The position numbers and the translations under genes were made by a program. Shown here piece by piece: positions 55,715-64,000 of a DNA stretch of 64,000 nt. Under the pieces are notes generated by a model. That model worked only from the letters and a program-made list of their open reading frames with translations, was not told the origin of the DNA and made no database searches. The stretch is from NCBI GenBank assembly GCA_951406725.2, contig OX597816.1, forward strand, positions 32,674,001-32,738,000. The letters run 5' to 3'. The first letter of the stretch is position 1. The number at the start of each line of letters is the position of its first letter. This DNA comes from Octopus vulgaris (lineage: Eukaryota).

Positions 55715-57915
55715 TATTAATATCGGTGACTGAATGGATATTATGCGTATTTTATCCTACGTGTGAAGCAACCATTGGCTGAAGTAATATTATAATAGGG
55801 CGTTGCTCATTTAAGCACCTATCAGCAAGGGAGTGTTGTAAGTAGCTATTTGAGCAGCACTAGGCTATATTTACTTGAATGATTCAAAATGTTGTTATAA
55901 GTTTAGTAGTTACCGTTTACTGAATCCAGGGTCACATCTAGAAATTTTATCTAGAATTTTCTACAAAATCTTAACTTTTTAAACATGCCGATCAAAGGTT
56001 ACATTAACTTCCTTTCGAAATTTAATTCAAATTCAGTGCTGTGAACTGATATTTTGTGATATCTAATTAGTATAGGCCTGTGGTAAACAAGTCACATATG
56101 AATTAGACTTGACCATCCTAAAAAGGTCATATTGTATATTGAAATACTGACTTCTATTCACAAAGTACAACAGAGGATGTGGTTACAGCTGTTTTATTTG
56201 AAACCTAGTACATCGCAATCAGAGCTGACCCAGGTCTATGGAACAACAACAAAACTGCAGATATTTCATTAAAGTTGCGGTAGTGATGTTTCTTTGGATA
56301 ATCAAATTATTTTTGGATTCGTGTTGCATTTATGTAAAAGTTTATTTATTCAAATATAATTTTATCAATGCAAATATTTAGATATTGCTTTCATTTCCTT
56401 GTGATATATTAGATAAAAATACGTAATCATTGATGAGCTGTATATGAATCGACATGGAAATTTCATGAAAAACAACTAGTAGAAATGAATACATTGAAAG
56501 AGAAGGAACAAACGAAATATATAAAATTAAAATTTAAGAAAATGCCATAAATCGTGTTGAACAGATCGACAAGTCTAGATGGAGAAACAGAAATAAAAGT
56601 TGAGGATAAACTCTAAAGTAAATATGAATTGAAGATGATGTGTGATTTATATTTGATATGTTATATTGAAAGTTTACTCTGAAATATAATAAATATAGAC
56701 ATACAAACATGCCCAAAGACACGCATACATTCTCACTGACACGCACAAACACATTCATGCAGAGGTATATGAGTGTACCTGTATGTTGTTCAATGATATA
56801 TTGATATACAATTATTTACTCCCAACATTATTTCAATTTCATCTTGATGTTTCCATATTTTCCTAGAAACCATGAAATATCAAGAGATATAACCTTGTTA
56901 CTATTTTCTGTTTTGCTTTACTGTGAATCGTTCAAAAATTGTTGTAAACATACTTTACTGATTCCAAAGTCGTTATTTAACTAGCTAATTAACTTATTTA
57001 TGTTTGTCTTAAACAAAATTTATGTTTTGTATTTCACATTTGATATATTCAAGTATCTATATTCTAGAGGCGCCGAAATAATTATGAATGTTGTTTTCAA
57101 ATGACCTTTCTTCTTCGTGTGATTAAACATTCTCAGGCAAAATTATTTTAAAACTTTTCTGTTTAAATTGCATTTAAACATGCATAGATATACATATGAA
57201 AGCATCACCTAAACATTGAAGTTGTATACGTGCAGAGATAATTGAACTCTGGCATACATTCTGAAATAATAATACATTTACGTTGATATGCACACAGACA
57301 TATTAGTGTGATATATACAAACTTTACAATAGCGCGAGTAGCTATAAAGCAATCAAAATTTAATTTATGTGAGACCGATAGAATAAATACCAAACTTAAT
57401 GCAGGAGAGTTGATTTGTCCTTCGAAACCCCTTCACAACGCAGCCTCGGCATGAATGTAGTCTAATATCGTAAAATATATACAATAATAAATATTAATGT
57501 TACATACACACAGCAACCTATTTGTATCGTGTCATAAATATAGTTACGCATAATACTTAATCATATAAACAAAGATAAATAGTTTTAAACTATCCCTATT
57601 AACATCCAAGGAGAAATGCAAATTAGATAAAACGAAACAGTTTGCTGAATAAATCAAGCAACAAAGAAAATAGGTATTTTTAAGAATTAAGACACCGATG
57701 TCAATTAACATTTCTCGTGAATGCTTTGAAAGGCATTTTGACACAGGTGTTACGAACTTGAATCTTCTTCAATAAGGTCGTTTAAATTCAGAAGTATTTT
57801 GAGATTTACTAGTGAGTCATATGTGCTATATCACTATGAGAAAAGTCGAAATGTGAGTTCAGAAGGTTTTGCTGTCGATGTTAATGGCCTCGCAAAATCA
57901 AAATCTATTAATTGC

Positions 57916-58007
57916 GAAGGCGGCGATTTGGCAGAATCATTAGCATGCCGAGAAAAATGCCTAATGACATTTAGTCCGTATTTACGTTGTGACTTCAAAT
58001 TTTGCCT
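57916..58007 (+). mobile_element. 5' head fragment of SINE family A
   Basis: AAGGCGGCGATTTGGCAGAATCATTAGCATGCCG...TTCAAATTTTGCC. Confidence 0.75.
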
Positions 58008-58705
58008 TCTGCGTAATATTCGTGTTCTCCGACCAGTAGAAACGTCGTTTGTTGCAAACCACTTCTCGAAAGTTGAGGTAACGGATAAAATTGTTGATTC
58101 GGTAGAGTTCTGTCCATGTAGAACTCTTGGTTTTGAAAATCTCATTCGAACATTTAGATTTGATCTTGAGGAAGAGTTAACATTTGTCTTTTTGAGTGGT
58201 TTTTTGCACCTATTTTCACAAATGTGATGATTTACAAAGTCACATACGAAAGCATGGAATAATTTGAGAAAATCTTTTTTATGAAAAACCACAGGATTAA
58301 GTTCTTTTTTTTTAAGCATTGTTTCTACAATGACCATACCTTATGTTTTATTTCCCCTTCAAAATGTTATAACATCCGAATTTTATGCGGAAATGCCTAT
58401 TTTTTTCTTGTAATTTCATAAAGTTATATGTGGTGCCATCCAGCTCTTCTAAAATAAGTATTATACAAGCGGGGAGAGATGGGGTATGGTTTATCCATTT
58501 ATTTATTTATATTTTTACACATCCGTTGTGTTTTATGTATTTTCTAAACATTATTAGTTTCCTAATAACATGGTGTATTCACAATCAAGTTGCTTGCTAC
58601 ATTCTCCCAGTTCTTTTTTTATTTAGTGATTTCGTATAGCAAGCATGTATCGTTCCAAATTTACCAGAGGTAGCACAAATTTCAATACTCTACATACAAT
58701 TGGAT

Positions 58706-59215
58706 GTGGAAACGCAATGGCCCAGTGGTTAAGGCAGCGGACTCGCGGTCGTAGGATCGCGGTTTCGATTCCCAGACCGGGCATTGTGAGTGTTTATCGA
58801 GCGAAAACACATAAACTCCACGAAGCGCCGGCAGGGTGTAGGGAACCCTGCTGTACTCTTTCACCACAATTTCCTCTCACTCTTTTTTCCTGTTTCTATT
58901 GTACCTCTATTTCAAAGGGCCAGTCTTGTCACACTCTGTGTCACGCTGAATCTCCCAGAAATCTACGTCAGAGTGCACGTGTCTGTGGCGTACTCAGCCA
59001 ACTGCACGTTGATAAATGAGCTGCGACGTTAATGGTGCCAAGCTGTATCGGCCTTTGCCTTTCCCTTGTGTTACGTCGGTGGCGTGAAGAAGGGAGGCTG
59101 GTATGCGTGGGCGAATGCTGGTCTTCAATAAACACTCTTGCCCAGATTTGTACATCGGCGGGTAACTTTCTAGGTGCAATTCCATGGTCATTCATGACCG
59201 AATGGGGTCACAACA
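58706..59215 (+). mobile_element. Full-length tRNA(Arg)-like SINE (family C) with a 10-bp TSD
   Basis: A box TGGCCCAGTGG, TCG in the anticodon position, B box GGTTTCGATTCCC, (CAA)n tail. ACAATTGGAT at 58696-58705 and 59216-59225. A tail fragment also lies at ~49690-49750. Confidence 0.9.
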
Positions 59216-59999
59216 ACAATTGGATATTTTGAATTTTATGAAATATATATATGCAAGGAGTACAGTTACTACAAAATAAAATGTTAAAGTGAATCTTACA
59301 TAATGATTCCATTGTTAATAAAATAATATCAGTATCCTCATTTATATTTTCTGCTGTTTTTAGGTTTCAAATATGTTAGTTATTTTATTTATACTCCTCA
59401 TCATCACAAACGCTTTGATACATTCAGCAATAAGGTTATACTCTTGAATAAACTTAGAAATGCTGCCAATATTAACGTGATGTATACTTACAAATATCAA
59501 AAATTCATAGGAATGCCTTCAGTGAACGAGCGTATGCCTGAAGCTTCAAACGGTTTTAAATGCATCAGAAATTTCATAGAAATTAAGTGTCTTTAAATAT
59601 GCCGTTTAATGAATGTCTTCTGAATCAAATTAAGCATTGGATATACTTTCATGCCTCTAAAAATATGAAATATTGTCGATTCATAAGAGCGATCTGAAAA
59701 TTAGAGCCATTATTTCTTTAGCAAGAAGACATTTAATATATAGGTCAATGTATGCTAATTAAAATATAATTCAATGTAAATGAATGTCAGAAATTATGAT
59801 GTACGTAGAAAAGTAAATAGATAATTCCAAAGATTTTTGGAAGAATGCCTTAAAAAAGAAACTAATAAATTAACATTATTTTGTCAAAGGTACATTACTT
59901 TTAGGATTTAATGCTATACACAGAGGAAGAAACAGAGTTGTTATTGATAACACTAATTAAAAATGTTATCTACAAAATGGAAAATGGGAAAATGATCTG

Positions 60000-60049
<50 letters not shown>

Positions 60050-60481
60050 CATTTAGAATATTGAGATAACTAACAAGATGTTGGTGTCTGAAAGAATAAA
60101 TTAGAAGGAGTAGCAGCATGATGAGACTTTTGCTTAGGTATCATAATTTTCCATTTCCGATGCTTTTATCTACAATATTTAGGAAGTGATTTTGAAAGTA
60201 ACTCGCAGAAACCAACAGGCTACGTGTGAATTTGGATAAACCGATCGAGAAAGAGGCGTTATAACTAAAACTAGATCGACCTCTGAAAATAATAGTACAC
60301 TACAAACCTAGTTATCATCTCAAAAATATATTTGTGCTTCCGTAAAAAGAAAAATATATTCATAAACAAATATAGATAAGATACTATAATATATATGTAT
60401 AGAATGATTGGAGAAAATACTGTATCAACAGTGATATCTTCCTAACCTAATATTTGGGGGGCATCTCGCTCAATGGCTATG

Positions 60482-60587
<106 letters not shown>

Positions 60588-61608
60588 AATACATCTAAAA
60601 TAACACATGAACATGTGAAAGATTAATTGTCTAGAATATGATGCATCTGCGAATATACACTTTTCCCTAGACTTACAAAACTGTAATTAATATGTAGCAA
60701 CAACTGAAATATGGATAAATAATGGCATGTATTGTATATCTATACATAGTGACATCATATTTGTGACTGTTGCTTGTTATTACAAATTTGAAAAACAAGA
60801 ACAGATATCCTAGGGCAACATAATATATTCGGATTCCATTATCGAACATCATATTATTGAAACTTTGAGGAGAAACAATATACATTTCATTCATTTATGT
60901 TGAAAATATTTTGGGAATCACTAGTTGATGTTTTTCCGAATACCTTCTGATTTAGACTAAAAAAAGATGCGATGTTCATTTAGATCAAATGTCTGAAGTC
61001 GAAAATGTATTTCTGACGGGGAAACATTCCCCTCGTTAATGAAATTTATAAATCATAACAAAGCAACAAATGAACAGTTTGATCGGATATCCTACGCAAT
61101 GCTAGTTCTGCACAAGTATAAACTAAATATTTGAAATGAGAAAACGCTGATTGGAATTCTGGTAGCAGTAATCAATTCTCTAAACGAATATATATTTTAG
61201 AGAAACCACATAACTATAATCTGCTCAAAGACTGGAGGATAACAAGAAATTTATAAAGCAGGACATGTTTGATACAGTTAGCATCAATGGCTTTTGACCC
61301 GTCAAAATATCGAAGATAACTAATAGATTTATATTCCTGGAAAATAAAACGCTATGCGTTCATTGATTAGCATTGAAGCATATCAAATATTGACAGAAAA
61401 TTAAAAGATTTATAGCATTAAGAATATCATGATGTCTTCCAATAAATAAAGCAAACACTAATGTGGACGTTTATAAATATACTAAAATAAATATAAAATA
61501 CACACATATCATAATATGTTGTTGTGTATGTTTGCATCCCATTGCGTGAACGTGATGTGTAGGTGAATTCATGCACAAACACTCTTCTATGAACACGCTT
61601 TTACTCCG

Positions 61609-61644
<36 letters not shown>

Positions 61645-61917
61645 CATTAAATCCTTAAAAATATTTCAGCCCGAAAGCTGCGACCATGCTGGGGCACCAC
61701 CGTTGGATGAGTTACACTAGTATGTGAAATTACCTCTGATACGTGGCACTTGGTCAACAAGGATGTCCGACGACGCTGCCCACATCTGTGTTTCCTGCTG
61801 AGAGATAGGTTCATCTGGAACCCCTAACAAGAAGAGTTCCAAGTTAGTTTTAAAGAAACCCACATCCACACCATGCAGGTCTCTCAGGCATCTAGTAAGG
61901 ATATTGATGAGCTATGG
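61645..61917 (-). mobile_element. 3' end of a CR1/L2-group LINE
   Basis: Minus strand gives LINIL..CLRDLHGVDVGFFKTNLELFLLGVPDEP...AASSDILVDQ, then the tail GGTGGTGCCCCAGCATGGTCGCAG...CTGAAA. Confidence 0.75.
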
Positions 61918-61919
61918 TC

Positions 61920-63184
61920 ACCTGAAACACAAAACTAAATTTCCAAGTGCTGGAAAGGAATCAACATCGTTGAAGATTTTGAAAATGTTTCTGTTCAGCA
62001 TCAATAAACATATGTGTATGTCTAACAACCTTCTGGTACAATCGGAGTAAAATAATGACATGGAAGTTGGCGACTGCATGCATGGTAGTGTCCTCTTTAT
62101 TTCCTCTCTTATGTGCAGGTTTTTTCGCATACTGTTCTCTTCAAATGTCACTGGAAATAGAAGTCACGCGCGGAAAGATAAGAAGAACGTTGTGCCTACA
62201 AAGGTTTGCGAACACATCGGATCAGATACAATAGATTCGCGGCTAGAAACCAGAGAAGTGGGGCAAGTCGCATGTACTGCTGAAAGAGGTATCCCGATCT
62301 TTCAGCTTCAGTGGTTTGAATACAAACTTGATCTAAAATATTCATGTAGGCCTCCGTATTGACAATATTGTCAATACATATTAGTCCAATGATACTTTTA
62401 TCTGAAGCAGTGAATCAAACATCCATCGATTTTTTATATTATTATTATGGAGTAGGTGCTCATAAACAGGGAATAGTTTCTTCACTGAATAGCACCATGC
62501 CTTTTGTGAATTTACGTGGCCGAGGAGATGGAAGCGCGCTTCATCATACCTTGTGTACTGGGAGATGGGCGCAGCTTACCTTTAGTAATGCTATTCAGTT
62601 ATCACGCACCAAAAATTACTCGTTTGCCCTAGTCATCCACATTTCAATGCTGAACACTTGTGAAATGATATGACTTCAACTTCAAACTGTTCAACATCTG
62701 TTGCACTGGATTCCTGCTGATGTGAGACGTCTGATCCAGGTTGTGTTTTGATTTATTTGGATTTCGAGTAATCCTTTAATGAATGTCCTGAATAATTTAC
62801 GACGTTTCTACAGTAGTGCTTCTCAGTTTTCAGGCGTTATGCATTGAACACATAGCACGCCACGTACTCTTTGCCTGTGAGCCTTTAGTCGGATACCTCA
62901 CTTCAAAAATCTTACAGCTTTGTTTAACGGAATCTGTTCGCATGCTCTCACAATCTTTACTGTTTTCGCTACTGAATACGTCATGTTGTAAAAAAGCCTA
63001 AAGATGTTCAGAAATTGCAATCTTTCAATCAAAAATGTGTTCATCATGGGGTAAGTATAACGTAGCAAACAATCAACTCCTGCACACTCTTTGCTCCACA
63101 ATTTCAAGCGATCGAATTAAATCATTCACACTTGTATTCTCTCTATGCTACGGAACCCGTTCTAAATTTTCGTACCCCACCCTG
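61920..63184 (-). mobile_element. Degenerate Tc1/mariner transposon (rosa/DD41D-like transposase)
   Basis: TIR start TA|CAGGGTG at 63186-63178 (-). Broken frames give ISRNPVQQML..LKLKSYHFTSVQ, DEARFHLLGHVNSQ, SIIGL, FQQ and PRDFYF.*HLK..V. The subfamily call is from motif recall. Confidence 0.8.
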
Positions 63185-63542
63185 TACTTCTGGCAGCATT
63201 AATCTTACTGCATACTTCTACAATTTAATCGGCTTCACACAAAATTGTTCCTGAAATATAGCGCTAATTCTTAGTTTAAAGATAAGTTTTTATGCCCCTA
63301 TATTCATTTCTAAGGTGCTTTCAAATTTGAATATTTAACAGATGAGCCACCTAATGCACTTCAAACAGATGGGAGTGTAATTAATTGGTGTTATCTCATT
63401 CCCATCTGAATATTTAGAGGATAAAAAAGCAGACCGAGATTATAACAGATTGTTATCAATAAAAATATTTTAAAATTAAAACATTTAATACATTGATTAG
63501 TACATAATTCTGTGTACATAGACATATAAATACAAACACATT

Positions 63543-63618
<76 letters not shown>

Positions 63619-63731
63619 CGTGTGTTTTGCCCTTTTCAAACCTAGTCAGGCTCATGGGAACGGCTTCCTGGTTTCTGTGGCGTATGTGTTCCCCACCAGC
63701 AATAACTATAAAGATAAAGCGACTGCTAATC

Positions 63732-63795
<64 letters not shown>

Positions 63796-64000
63796 CATGT
63801 TTGTGTGTAATGTATTGAGTATTTGTGTGTATGTGTATGTGTCTGTAATTGTGAGTGTGTATGTATATATCAAGGGTAGTACTAAGATATATACACATGT
63901 ATGTTTGTCTGTTTGTGAGTATTTGCGTGTGTTTGAATTAAGTTATCTCTTTGTGCAGAAGATTCACAAATTCGTTACTTGCTAAGCAACGTTTATTGAA

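Noticed and set aside
58706-58780. Apparent tRNA-Arg gene
   Set aside because: It is the head of a 510-bp SINE with a tail and TSD, and it lacks a proper acceptor stem and terminator.

Overview
AT-rich, microsatellite-dense eukaryotic DNA with no intact host protein-coding gene that I can support. The SINE families resemble those I recall from Octopus, so a coleoid cephalopod origin is an inference. The window is mostly transposon debris: Penelope-like elements (PLEs; one 5'-truncated copy with RT and GIY-YIG carrying only two lesions, plus fragments), three Tc1/mariner remnants, MITEs, a non-autonomous Helitron, R4/Dong, CR1 and Tx1-like LINE fragments, and three tRNA-derived SINE families. 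There is also a probable GPCR pseudogene. The most striking signal is well over a dozen minimal type-I hammerhead-ribozyme motifs of several sequence types. Several carry non-canonical cores (G3:C8 swap, U4C, A6U, A9C). Many sit in the arms of long inverted repeats, most of them next to (TA)n microsatellites. All coordinates and alignments were read by eye.
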